Assembly (NCBI GenBank): GCA_965213625.1
Contig: CBDBZU010000004.1
Coordinates: forward strand, 896,001-960,000
Reading direction: 5' to 3'
DNA length: 64,000 bases
From: a bacterium
GTDB lineage: Bacteria > UBA8248
This document shows, one piece after another, positions 1 to 9,780 of this stretch (its first letter is position 1; every line of letters starts with the position of its first letter). The translations under genes were made by a program, and so were the position numbers. A model generated the notes under the pieces. That model had not been told where the DNA came from. It saw nothing but the letters and a program-made list of their open reading frames with translations, and made no database searches.

Positions 1-233
1 GTGGGGAGAAAAAGCGTGTGGCCCTTGCCCGGGCGTTAGCGGCGGGTGCGGAAACCCTTCTCTTGGATGAACCCATCTCTCATCTGGACGAGGAAAACAG
101 CAAACTGATTGTCGAAATAATCAAAGAGTTAGCCGCCTCAGGAATTACTTTGGTTGTGAGCACTCATATACCGGAATGGGCCAGTTCTCTTTCCGTGAAG
201 AATGTGCGGCTCTCGTATGGCAAAGTTGTGTAA
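1..233 (+). CDS. ABC transporter ATP-binding protein, C-terminal part (5' end outside window)
   Basis: Signature tail GGEKKRVALARAL, Walker B/D-loop LLLDEPISHLD, H-loop VVSTH. Confidence 0.85.
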   Translation, partial: GEKKRVALARALAAGAETLLLDEPISHLDEENSKLIVEIIKELAASGITLVVSTHIPEWASSLSVKNVRLSYGKVV

Positions 234-234
234 T

Positions 235-987
235 TCAGGGCAACTCGGCTTCATCGGTATGGTAGGAATCCCCGAATAAATCGGCCTCAAGCGGACCGCC
301 GCGCCATACGGGGTACTTCCTGACATAATAATCCACCAACCCTGCCTCGAACACTCTTGGTTGTGTGTAATCCGTAGCTTGTTTTTGGGAGCGGTGGCAT
401 GCGTGCGCTTTTAACCTCGCTTCCGGAAAATTTCTTCCATCGACAACAGTTGTGTAGTCGTCCCGATATATGAGGTCGGAGCGATTGTACAGGGTGCGTC
501 TTTTCACTGGCGATATACGGTGGTACAGGCGTTTAGGCGCAGCATCGGGATTTTTCCTCGCAAGTCGATGGAAAGCCTTTGTGGCCCAGCCGCCTACGGC
601 GATGTGGTCGGGATGTCCTGTAACGCCGTCTTCTCCATAGGTCACGACAACATCGGGTGAAAAGTTCCGGATGAATTCTTCAGTACGAGGAAGAATTTTC
701 GAATCATCGATGGTATTCAATCCGCCATCCGGGTAGTTCCAAAGCGTCAGATCTTTCACGCCAAGCACACGGCAGGCGTCATTCAATTCTTTTCCCCGGA
801 CATCACCTAACTCATCGGGCTCACACACACCGTTTGTAAGGCCTGCTTCTCCTCGCGTCAGGGTAAGGAGGCCCATACGCACGCCCTGATTTGCGTAGAG
901 CGTGAATGTAGCAGGGTTTCCGAAGGATTCATCGTCTGGATGTGCGTAAATATGCAATATTGAGCGCTGAGAGGTTGAATTGTTCAT
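235..987 (-). CDS. PIG-L/LmbE family deacetylase (BshB/MshB-like)
   Basis: AHPDDE and GHPDH metal motifs, TRGEAG, HRSQ; likely start MNNSTS at 987. Confidence 0.88.
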   Translation of the reverse strand: MNNSTSQRSILHIYAHPDDESFGNPATFTLYANQGVRMGLLTLTRGEAGLTNGVCEPDELGDVRGKELNDACRVLGVKDLTLWNYPDGGLNTIDDSKILPRTEEFIRNFSPDVVVTYGEDGVTGHPDHIAVGGWATKAFHRLARKNPDAAPKRLYHRISPVKRRTLYNRSDLIYRDDYTTVVDGRNFPEARLKAHACHRSQKQATDYTQPRVFEAGLVDYYVRKYPVWRGGPLEADLFGDSYHTDEAELP

Positions 988-1351
988 AACGGAGAGATGT
1001 GTTGAGGAGCCTCCATTCAAACAAAGCTTATATATTACCATTTCAAATGAATGATTCAAGAATTGTGTCCATCGTTTAGTGCATAACTTGACCTGAAGTG
1101 TTTCCGGTCGCGGCATTTCTTCTCGCGCTGGGTTTCATGCGAAACGACGGCTTGTTCCCATGTTTCATGGAATCATATTTCACGAGGCCGCAAAAGGGTT
1201 TTCCAAAATCTGTCCTCTTGCCCTGTATCTCTCTTTGGTTTATATGAAACTTACGCCCACGAGACCCTGATATTTGTTATTATCAACTAATATCGAATTG
1301 TTGTTGGTCAATGATTCATAATACCCCGTTCCACTACAAGGAGTCTGCACT

Positions 1352-2509
1352 GTGGAGTTAGCCATCTCAAGGGATACGTTGCTCAGAGCCCTGCAGACGA
1401 TACAAGGTGTCGTCGAAAACAGAAGCAGCGCAATGCCAATTTTGCAAAATGTGCTTGTCGAGACCGAAGGCGATAAAAGTATCCGCATTTTGGGTACAAA
1501 TCTTGATATCAGCATGCGGGGAATGTTTGAGGCTGAAGTAGAGAAAGCAGGCAAAGTTACACTGAATGCCAGGAAATTGTTCGACATTGTGCGAGAACTA
1601 CCTGAGGCGGAAGTTCGCTTCACGGAAGAAGATGGGCAATGGATTGAAATGCGCTGTGAGCGATCGAAATTTCGTTTTCCGGGATTACCGCCTGCAGAAT
1701 TTCCCGCGCTTCCTGAATCTAAAGAATCAGACACGCATACAATTTCTGCTTCGGTTTTGTCGGAAATGATTCGAAAGACGATGTTTGCAATATCGCAGGA
1801 TGAGACGCGCTATACATATAATGGCGTTTTTATGGAAACCGAAGGCGATATCCTGCGTCTCGTCGCTACGGATGGCCATAGGTTGGCGATGATTGAGCGG
1901 CCGAGCGAAGGGTTGGTGCTTAATGAGGGAGTGATTGTCCATAAAAAAGCTTTGGGAGAATTGGTCAAGCTTTTGCAGGGCGTCGAGGGTGACGTATCCG
2001 TTTCTCTCACACACGTCTCGAGCGGTCAGGGTTTGTCTCTTTCTGGAAATGAAGCGTCTGCCTCCCTCACTCCAAACCACATCATTTTTCTAATGGAAAA
2101 TATTGCGTTGTCGGCTCGGCTGATAGACGGTGAATTTCCGAAATACAGGCAAGTAATTCCGGATAACAATGAGCATTCCATTTTGATGAACCGGGATAGT
2201 TTAACGCAAGCGCTCAGGCGAGTTGCGCTTTTCACGAACGAAACACGCATGGTGAAGTTCGCGTTTTCCCCGGGCCTACTCAAGTTAACAACGAACGGTT
2301 CAGAAGCGGGGGAGGCCGAGGAAATCATAGAATCAAACGCGCAGACCGACATTACGATTGGATTCAATTCGAGATATTGTCTGGATGCGCTCTCCATATT
2401 GGATGAAGAGCAAGTCAGTATAGAGTTAAAGGATTCGCTGAGTCCCGGGGTGCTCTCTCCCAAAGACTCGGATGGTTATACATATGTTGTAATGCCGATG
2501 CGTGTATAA
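1352..2509 (+). CDS. dnaN: DNA polymerase III beta sliding clamp
   Basis: MPILQNV, VATDGHRL, RLIDGEFP, GFNSRY, C-terminal YVVMPMRV; GGAG RBS upstream. Confidence 0.97.
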   Translation: MELAISRDTLLRALQTIQGVVENRSSAMPILQNVLVETEGDKSIRILGTNLDISMRGMFEAEVEKAGKVTLNARKLFDIVRELPEAEVRFTEEDGQWIEMRCERSKFRFPGLPPAEFPALPESKESDTHTISASVLSEMIRKTMFAISQDETRYTYNGVFMETEGDILRLVATDGHRLAMIERPSEGLVLNEGVIVHKKALGELVKLLQGVEGDVSVSLTHVSSGQGLSLSGNEASASLTPNHIIFLMENIALSARLIDGEFPKYRQVIPDNNEHSILMNRDSLTQALRRVALFTNETRMVKFAFSPGLLKLTTNGSEAGEAEEIIESNAQTDITIGFNSRYCLDALSILDEEQVSIELKDSLSPGVLSPKDSDGYTYVVMPMRV

Positions 2510-2637
2510 CTGTTCAGTTGCCCAGGGATTAAATTATATGTAGCAAATTTACTCGAAATGAAATTTCTGGGAATCATCCTTTCTGAGGCGCCTCTTTGGT
2601 GGGGCGCCTGAATTTTTTCTGTCGCGGATTCGGTAAA

Positions 2638-3873
2638 ATGAACTTCCAATTTTCAGAGAAGGCGAGTGAGAATTCAAGCCGCTATTATGGCTGGGTGATT
2701 GTTGGCCTCACTTTTTCCACCATGGCTGTCGGTGGTTCGATTGTCGGAACTTTTCCTGTCTTTTATGTGGCATTTCTCAATGAATTCGGGTGGTCCCGGG
2801 CAGACACCGCCCTGGCTTTTTCTTTTTCAATGGTTACGTTTGCGATTTCAGCCGGCTTTATTGGGGCGATGGTGGACCGCTGGGGTCCGAGAGTGATCAT
2901 ACCCATGGGCATCGCGATTCTGGGTGTCGGTCTTGCATTGATGTCACAGGTTTCCAGTTTACCCACCCTGTATTTTTTCTATGGAGGCGTCGTAGCACTA
3001 GGCGTTACCATGTTTGGATTTATTCCTACGAGCACTGTTGTTAGTCAATGGTTTACACAACGCCGCTCCATGGCTATGGGAATATCGCTATCGGGAAGAA
3101 GTTGTGGCGGTATCCTCATGGTTCCTTTTTCCGCCTACCTGATCGCGACTTTCGGATGGCGCGCGGCGTATGTTTTGCTGGCGATTGGCATCATCGTTTT
3201 GTTGATTCCCTTGAATGTGCTTTTACACCGCAGCCGCGCTGACTTAACGGAAAGAAAAACAGGGGGTGACACCGATTCGAGTTGGACCTTGAAGGAAGCC
3301 CTGTCAGATTCTGTTTTTTGGTTGTTGTTTCTGGTGGGGATGTTTAATGGCGTTGGCTTCAGCGTCGTCGGCGTGCACCAGGCCGCTCACATGGTTGATG
3401 TGGGAATGAGCACCATAAAAGCCGCCTCTCTGATAGGAGGCCTGGCTGTTGTCAGAGCCTTGGGAGGTATTTTGGGAGGATGGGTAGGAGACAAGATTGG
3501 GCGGACCCGAACTTTTTATCTACTTAGCTTGGTCGCCATGTCGGGCGTAATTCTGTTGATGAATTTATCAGAACGTCTTGTTTGGCTGGGATATGCATAT
3601 GTTCTGGTGTATGGCATTGGCGCCGGTGCTCGTGGTGCGATTTTCGTATCGCTCAAGGCGGATATTTTTGGCGGCAAGAATTTTGGTCGAATCCTGGGAT
3701 TCAGCCAAACGGGAGGGGGATTGGCCTCTGCCGTTGGGCCTTGGGCCGCGGGATATATTTTTGACTTGTGGGATAGTTATTACTGGGCTTTCATTCTCGT
3801 GCTGGTTGTTCAAGTCTTGTCGCTTATCGCAGTAGCGGCGGCGTCATCACAAGCAAAGAGAAGAAATGGATGA
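2638..3873 (+). CDS. MFS transporter (OFA/MCT-like)
   Basis: About 12 hydrophobic segments; motif A GAMVDRWGPR and GWVGDKIGR; YYGWVIV start. Confidence 0.9.
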   Translation: MNFQFSEKASENSSRYYGWVIVGLTFSTMAVGGSIVGTFPVFYVAFLNEFGWSRADTALAFSFSMVTFAISAGFIGAMVDRWGPRVIIPMGIAILGVGLALMSQVSSLPTLYFFYGGVVALGVTMFGFIPTSTVVSQWFTQRRSMAMGISLSGRSCGGILMVPFSAYLIATFGWRAAYVLLAIGIIVLLIPLNVLLHRSRADLTERKTGGDTDSSWTLKEALSDSVFWLLFLVGMFNGVGFSVVGVHQAAHMVDVGMSTIKAASLIGGLAVVRALGGILGGWVGDKIGRTRTFYLLSLVAMSGVILLMNLSERLVWLGYAYVLVYGIGAGARGAIFVSLKADIFGGKNFGRILGFSQTGGGLASAVGPWAAGYIFDLWDSYYWAFILVLVVQVLSLIAVAAASSQAKRRNG

Positions 3874-3888
3874 ATATCGAGACAGTAT

Positions 3889-4461
3889 TCAGGAAGCCGC
3901 TTTTTCTTTTTCTTCAATCATCGATTCGATGAAGGAAATCATGCTTTCGGGTGCTGTTTGTTCAATGTTCAATGTGCCGTGATAAAGAGTTGAATCGGCG
4001 AAATCGACATTGAAGAAATATTGGGAGAACAAACCCTGATCCCGGTCTGATCTCTTGATGGTTTCTTCCGCCGCAGTTCTCGTTACGCCTGATGATTCCA
4101 TGAAGTGGCGGATACGGGCTTCCAGGCTGCCGACGATTCGAAGATGCAGGGCGTCGGTTCGATCCTTCAAGAGTACTTGACCACCCCACCCGCCGATAAC
4201 CACATTCCCTTTGTCCGCCGCTTCATTCATGCAATCAGACAAAACGTCACGCAAGCTGTCTCTTCCGACGCCAAAGGTGCGTTCCAAAATTGTTGGAGCG
4301 CGGCCTTCTATTTTCTCCAAATCCAGGGTCAAACCTCTTTGCTCGCAAATTTCAACGAGCTCGTCACGCCCGAGAAACGCATAGCCCAGTTTGTCCGCGA
4401 GCTGGTGCGCAATGAAAATTCCACCGGTACCGTATTGACGTGAAATGGTGATGACGGCCAT
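3889..4461 (-). CDS. Cytidylate kinase-like family protein
   Basis: VITISRQYGTGG P-loop, GNVVIGGWGG, IKRSDRDQ..F..YF. Confidence 0.85.
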   Translation of the reverse strand: MAVITISRQYGTGGIFIAHQLADKLGYAFLGRDELVEICEQRGLTLDLEKIEGRAPTILERTFGVGRDSLRDVLSDCMNEAADKGNVVIGGWGGQVLLKDRTDALHLRIVGSLEARIRHFMESSGVTRTAAEETIKRSDRDQGLFSQYFFNVDFADSTLYHGTLNIEQTAPESMISFIESMIEEKEKAAS

Positions 4462-4674
4462 GTGAAATCTCCTTTTTAGCAATCTCCGATATGATGAATA
4501 CTTGTTCGAATAATCTTATCAAAAATTATCATGACGCACGAGCTTGATGAAAAGCGCGTTGTTCCATCTCGCTTGGCAAGGTAGAAAAGAATCGTGTTTT
4601 CTGCATGGGGAATTCTATGACTGAATGTTATTGTTCAACCTGTACTCAAGTTCACCGATGGAGAGGTAGATTTC

Positions 4675-5241
4675 GTGACGATTCCACCCGAAGAACTTCT
4701 TGAACGTCTTGGTGTGCATACTTCGTTGTATGCAGTAGATGAAAAAGGAATTTTCGCCGTTTTGAATGATCAGGAAAAGGGCCATTTTTTTGCAGTGGAT
4801 CGTGAAAGCGGCAATTTCCGCTGGCGTGTGGAGAACTCGGCGGGGTGGGTGATAGCGCCTCCTCTTATCTGGGGGGATATATATATCGTGGGTACGAGCA
4901 GCGCGGAAATGAGAAGGGAAGAAAAAGGAGGACCGTTTGCGAATGTGGACTGGAAGCGAGGAGGTTCCGTTTATGCATTCGGAGTAAGTGATGGCGCCGT
5001 GCGGTTTTGGGATGAAAAAACAGGTGTGGTTAGAAATACCCCTAAGGTGGAAGATGGTGCTTTGATTGTAGAAGGAGAAATTCGGGTGGGCGGGTTTCAG
5101 GATGAAGAACCGTGGTCTTCATCCTGCGAGGTGGAAAGCCGGTTCTCTTTAAAAACAAATCGCCTGATCGCCCGCCGTGTGCGAGGGGATGTGCCTTCCG
5201 GGTATTTCGAGGGAGAGGCGCCGCCGACAGAGTGGGCGTGA
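4675..5241 (+). CDS. PQQ-like beta-propeller repeat protein
   Basis: Repeats FAVDRESGNFRW and YAFGVSDGAVRFW. Confidence 0.6.
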   Translation: MTIPPEELLERLGVHTSLYAVDEKGIFAVLNDQEKGHFFAVDRESGNFRWRVENSAGWVIAPPLIWGDIYIVGTSSAEMRREEKGGPFANVDWKRGGSVYAFGVSDGAVRFWDEKTGVVRNTPKVEDGALIVEGEIRVGGFQDEEPWSSSCEVESRFSLKTNRLIARRVRGDVPSGYFEGEAPPTEWA

Positions 5242-5246
5242 TTTTC

Positions 5247-6125
5247 TCACCTTCTTTTTCTTAATTCCTTTGCCATTAACGTCGCGTTTTGGGGAACCAG
5301 ATTTGGGCGAAACCAATTCCGGTATTCATCCATGTGAACGCTCGGAACCGCTTTTGCGAGCGTCCGGTGTTTTTTTAGGGCTGAGGCGGTGCGTGAACGC
5401 AATTTCGTCATATAGCCTCTGAATTCATCCCATACCTTTGAGGCAGTCTGCGTGGGAACGGGTCCATGGCCGGGGATGAGGAACTTGGCGGGAAATTTCT
5501 TTAGTTTTGGAATCGCATCTATCCAGTTGCCGAAATTCCCCAGCCTTGCTACAGGGTGGGTTCGATAATCGAGCAGATCTCCCGTGAAGAGAATTCTCTC
5601 CTCTGGCATCCACACAACGGTGTCTCCTTTTGTGTGGCAATGTCCAATGTGGACCATCTCAAATAAACGCCCGCCGTAGCGGACGGAAATTTCACCTTCG
5701 AACGTCACCATGGGTGGTGCGATGTGAAGTTTGCCGATCAGGTGCTCCACCTTTTGCGGCCTTCCCGCCATTTGCTTTACCCAGATGCCCTCATTTTCCT
5801 CTCGTTCCATCTCCAGGCGCACGTTTTCCTGACCGACGGAAACTGCTCCTCGTTTGTGGTAGTAGCCATTGTCGGAGGTGTGGTCGAAATTGTGGTGGGT
5901 ATTAAGCACAAGCCCGGGCGATTTTCGGGTGACTTCTTTCATTCCGGACACAAAGGCTTTTCGTATCCGGATATCGTTATCAACGATGACGGGTTTTTCG
6001 TCCGTAAGAACAAGGCCGAAGTTCGTGCCGCCATCTCCTCCAATAAATATATGCACACCATCTGCAATTTCGACGAATCCCTGAGTTTTTGCCGGGCCTG
6101 GCAATGCTTTTACACTGCGTGCCAT
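5247..6125 (-). CDS. MBL-fold metallo-hydrolase (cyclase-like)
   Basis: NTHHNFDH, HTKGD, FTGDL, IPGHG motifs. Confidence 0.9.
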   Translation of the reverse strand: MARSVKALPGPAKTQGFVEIADGVHIFIGGDGGTNFGLVLTDEKPVIVDNDIRIRKAFVSGMKEVTRKSPGLVLNTHHNFDHTSDNGYYHKRGAVSVGQENVRLEMEREENEGIWVKQMAGRPQKVEHLIGKLHIAPPMVTFEGEISVRYGGRLFEMVHIGHCHTKGDTVVWMPEERILFTGDLLDYRTHPVARLGNFGNWIDAIPKLKKFPAKFLIPGHGPVPTQTASKVWDEFRGYMTKLRSRTASALKKHRTLAKAVPSVHMDEYRNWFRPNLVPQNATLMAKELRKRR

Positions 6126-6246
6126 TGGTTTCTCCTTGCGGGGACAATGATGATGACGATATCGTTATAGAAATCTAATCAAAGGTACCAAAGTGCTTTT
6201 GAAGCAACAATATCGAAAATGAAAAATTCATAAGTGGGACTCCAAG

Positions 6247-7452
6247 ATGAATTCCTATTCTGCATTTATTGGACTTGAGTGTTCAAAAACCGGGGAACAA
6301 TTTGCACCTGGCGGCTTGATGAATCTAAGCCCCTGTGGTGCTCCGTTGCTGGCGCAGTATGACACCGAAGCCGCCGCGCGGACTTTGGACATCAAGAATA
6401 TGGCGGGCCGCGCTCATTCCATGTGGCGCTACCATGAAATGCTCCCGGCTCCCGATGAGAGCGTCATCGTTACGCTCGGTGAAGGTATGACTCCTTTGCT
6501 AAGGGCGTCTCGTCTTGAGAAGGTTTTGGGGCTATCCCGTCTATACGTGAAAGATGAGGGCTTGAATCCGACGGGAAGTTTTAAGTCCAGGGGATTGTCT
6601 GTCGCCATCACGATGGCGCGTCATCTGGGAGCAGATAAAATCGCCATTCCCACGGCCGGAAACGCAGGTGGCGCGGCGGCGGCTTACGCTTCACGAGCAG
6701 GCATCGATGCGTCTGTGTTTGTCCCGGAAAAAGCACCGAGTGTACATAAAGTGGAATGTGTGCTTTCAGGGGCCAATGTGACCGTTGTACGTGGCTATAT
6801 ACATCATTGCGCGGAAATTGTGGCGCAAAGGACTCCGGAGGAAGGTTGGTTCGAATTGTCCACGTTCAAGGAGCCTTATCGAGCCGAAGGCAAGAAAACG
6901 ATGGCTTATGAACTCGTCGAGCAATTCGGTGGTGATGTTCCAGACGTGATTCTCTATCCCACGGGTGGCGGGACGGGTTTGGTGGCGATGTGGCGCGCCT
7001 TTGAAGAGCTAGAAGCTTTGGGATGGATAGGCGAAAAAAGACCGCGCATGATTTGCGTTCAGGCCGAAGGCTGCGCCCCACTCTTGCGGGCGTATGAGAA
7101 CGACGATGAAGTATCGTCCCTCTGGGACAACCCGACGACGATGGTATCCGGCCTGCGCGCGCCGAAGGTTCTGGCGGATTTTTTATGCCTTCGGGCCATA
7201 CGGGAAAGCGGGGGTACGGCGATCGCTGTTTCGGATGAGATGATGTTCGAAGCCCAAAGAAAAGTGGGAGCTTCCGAGGGGATTCTCATTTGCCCGGAAG
7301 GCGGGGCGTGTATTGCAGCCCTGGATGTTTTGCTTGAGAGGGGTGACATCAGTCGCGATGAACGCATTGTGACGTTTAATACGGCTACAGGCTTAAAATA
7401 TGCGGATATGATAGAAACGGAGGTCTCTGTTATAGACCCGCTTTCTACGTAG
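6247..7452 (+). CDS. thrC: Threonine synthase (PLP fold II)
   Basis: LGEGMTPL, NPTGSFKSRG (PLP lysine), TAGNAG, YPTGGGTG, CPEGG, TGLKY. Confidence 0.88.
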   Translation: MNSYSAFIGLECSKTGEQFAPGGLMNLSPCGAPLLAQYDTEAAARTLDIKNMAGRAHSMWRYHEMLPAPDESVIVTLGEGMTPLLRASRLEKVLGLSRLYVKDEGLNPTGSFKSRGLSVAITMARHLGADKIAIPTAGNAGGAAAAYASRAGIDASVFVPEKAPSVHKVECVLSGANVTVVRGYIHHCAEIVAQRTPEEGWFELSTFKEPYRAEGKKTMAYELVEQFGGDVPDVILYPTGGGTGLVAMWRAFEELEALGWIGEKRPRMICVQAEGCAPLLRAYENDDEVSSLWDNPTTMVSGLRAPKVLADFLCLRAIRESGGTAIAVSDEMMFEAQRKVGASEGILICPEGGACIAALDVLLERGDISRDERIVTFNTATGLKYADMIETEVSVIDPLST

Positions 7453-7464
7453 GATGAATGGCGA

Positions 7465-7893
7465 ATGATTGAGATAACAAGGCGAGAGGAATTCTCCGCG
7501 GCCCACCGGTTGTTTCGACCCGACTGGAGTGATGAGCAAAATGAGGCCATGTTCGGGAAATGCGCCAATCCGCACTATCATGGGCACAATTATGTTTTTG
7601 AAGTAACCCTGCGAAATCCCGTAAATCCAGAGACGGGTATGTCTTATAATCTGGCTGACCTGAAAAAGCTGATGAGGCGGGAAGTCGTAGAAGCGCTGGA
7701 TCACAAGAATTTGAACGAAGATGCTGCGGGTTTCATGAAAAACAGAATTCCCACGGCGGAGAACATAGCGATTTCGATTTGGGAATGCTTGGCGGAATAT
7801 ATAGACACAGAAATTCTTTTTCGCATCCGCTTGTATGAAAACGAGCGAAATTTCGTGGATTATTTTGGAGAAAGTCCTGATGGCGTTCGGTGA
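7465..7893 (+). CDS. 6-pyruvoyl-tetrahydropterin synthase family protein (PTPS-II-type Cx5HGH signature)
   Basis: FSAAHRL, FGKCANPHYHGHNY, LDHKNLN, PTAEN, LYENERN. Confidence 0.88.
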   Translation: MIEITRREEFSAAHRLFRPDWSDEQNEAMFGKCANPHYHGHNYVFEVTLRNPVNPETGMSYNLADLKKLMRREVVEALDHKNLNEDAAGFMKNRIPTAENIAISIWECLAEYIDTEILFRIRLYENERNFVDYFGESPDGVR

Positions 7894-8611
7894 ACCGAGA
7901 AATTTGGAGAAAAGAAGAATCGTTTTAACCGGAGCCTCTAGGGGAATTGGCCGTGTGAGTGCGCTTCGCCTCGCAAAAGCAGGAGCAAGGGTTCTTGCCG
8001 TTTCGAGGGATGCCGAAGCCTTGGCGAAATTGGCCTTTGATTCCAAAGGGTACGTGGGCCAGATTTTTCCGCACAGTTGTGACGTGACGAAAGCCGATGA
8101 AGTGGAAGCGCTTAGCGAAATGGCAGAAAAAAGACTTGAGGGGGTGGATGCGCTGATAAACAATGCGGGTTCAGGTGTTTTCAAGGATATCGAAAACCTT
8201 TCGGTGGATGAATTTAACGCTACGGTCTCGGTGTGTCTCACCGCACCTTTCATGTTGACGCGGGCGCTATGCCACATGCTTGAGGCGGCGAATGGGGATG
8301 TCATTAATATATCTTCGATTAGTGCGGTGTCGGGCTTTCCGGGAGCGTCGGCTTATTGCGCCGCGAAAGCGGGACTTGAAGGACTCTCCAGGGCATTGGT
8401 CGAAGAATTGAGGCCCAAGGGGATACGTCTTACTATCCTCCGGCCTGGCGCCTGCGCAACGGATATGTGGAAATCTATTCCGGGGGAGTTCGATTTTGAG
8501 GCGATGATCCCCCCGGATCTGGTGGCGGAAGCCATAGAGTTTTTGCTCTCTCAATCCCGCAAGGCATGGACGGAATCGATGGTGGTTCTACCCCCGAAAG
8601 GTATGGTCTAG
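7880..8611 (+). CDS. SDR family oxidoreductase (candidate sepiapterin reductase-like)
   Basis: TGASRGIG, NNAG, YCAAK catalytic YxxxK; overlaps the 3' end of the PTPS gene. Confidence 0.85.
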   Translation: MAFGEPRNLEKRRIVLTGASRGIGRVSALRLAKAGARVLAVSRDAEALAKLAFDSKGYVGQIFPHSCDVTKADEVEALSEMAEKRLEGVDALINNAGSGVFKDIENLSVDEFNATVSVCLTAPFMLTRALCHMLEAANGDVINISSISAVSGFPGASAYCAAKAGLEGLSRALVEELRPKGIRLTILRPGACATDMWKSIPGEFDFEAMIPPDLVAEAIEFLLSQSRKAWTESMVVLPPKGMV

Positions 8612-8823
8612 CGTACCCTCATCACCCTGTGAATCTGTATATTTATGATCCCCGTCTGATTTTTTAAACCCCAATTGCGTGGAACGCGCTTGTTGAAGAG
8701 GACAAAAAAAGATATAGATTTGGCCTTTGATGGAAGGGGTTCTGCAGAATTCCGATGTATGTGAAGAACGTATATATAGCGATTTTGAAAGATTAGCACA
8801 TTATTTTGGGGGGAGGTGGATCG

Positions 8824-9123
8824 TTGAGTACTGTTCGATATGAAAATCTCGATGTCGAATATGAGACGGAGATTGGAGATTCCATTCTGGACGCGGATTT
8901 GGATAAAGGAGTCGATCATACCTGCGATTGCGGTGGAAACTGCGCCTGTTCGACTTGTAAGGTGGTCGTGATTTCTGGAGCCGAGTTTCTCTCTCCACAA
9001 CAGGAAGACGAAAAAGATACGCTGGATGCCTATGGATGGAATCCGGATGAATATCGTCTGGCTTGTCAATGCATCGTTGAGGGAGAGGGCCGGATTGTCT
9101 TGAATATGCCTGAGCCTGAATAA
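8824..9123 (+). CDS. 2Fe-2S ferredoxin (adrenodoxin-like)
   Basis: CGGNCACSTC...RLACQ. Confidence 0.9.
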   Translation: MSTVRYENLDVEYETEIGDSILDADLDKGVDHTCDCGGNCACSTCKVVVISGAEFLSPQQEDEKDTLDAYGWNPDEYRLACQCIVEGEGRIVLNMPEPE

Positions 9124-9141
9124 AATTCAGGGAGCGTGTTC

Positions 9142-9777
9142 TCAGGCCCTATTCCAAGCTTGAGCCACCGAATCGAAATCAACCATACCCTCGCGCAAGA
9201 GTTTCGGCTTCTCCCCACGTACGTCCACAACAGTGGAAGGCCGGGTATTTTCTGTTGTTCCGCCGTCCAAGACCAACGATACCTTGTCTTGGAATCGAGA
9301 AAAAATCGCCTGAGCGCTTTGGAGTGGTAGCTCGCCTGATGGATTCGCGCTCGTCGCAACGAACGGGCCGACCCGCATGGCCAGGATGCGGCAAAGTGCT
9401 TGAGCGGGCATGCGCACGGCGACAGACTCCCCATCTTCGGCGAGCAGCGGAGACAGATTGGGAGATGCCGGTAGAATCAAAGTCAGGCCCGAGGGCCATA
9501 GGGAATCCATCAGTCTTATCGCGTGTGGAGTGATGTCGCGGACGAGTCCATTTAACTGGGAGCGGCAGCCGATGAGAACTGGCGCGCCTTTCTCGTCTTT
9601 TCTTCCCTTTGTTTCGTAGAGTTTTTCGATGGCCTTTTTATCAAGCGCGTGGGCGCAAAGGCCATAGATCGTATCCGTGGGCAAAGCGACAATGTTTCCC
9701 GAATCCAGTTGTTCGCCGGCTTTTTGAATAACTTCTTCTTTTGGTGAATCAGGATTCACCGGGAGGATTCTGCTCAC
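9142..9777 (-). CDS. tsaC: L-threonylcarbamoyladenylate synthase (YrdC/Sua5)
   Basis: PTDTIYGL, KGR, TSANPSG, PSTVVD, LREG. Confidence 0.92.
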   Translation of the reverse strand: MSRILPVNPDSPKEEVIQKAGEQLDSGNIVALPTDTIYGLCAHALDKKAIEKLYETKGRKDEKGAPVLIGCRSQLNGLVRDITPHAIRLMDSLWPSGLTLILPASPNLSPLLAEDGESVAVRMPAQALCRILAMRVGPFVATSANPSGELPLQSAQAIFSRFQDKVSLVLDGGTTENTRPSTVVDVRGEKPKLLREGMVDFDSVAQAWNRA

Positions 9778-9780
9778 CGT

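Noticed and set aside
1060-1330. oriC DnaA-box cluster upstream of dnaN
   Set aside because: Only degenerate matches, no perfect TTATCCACA and no dnaA; not supportable as a feature
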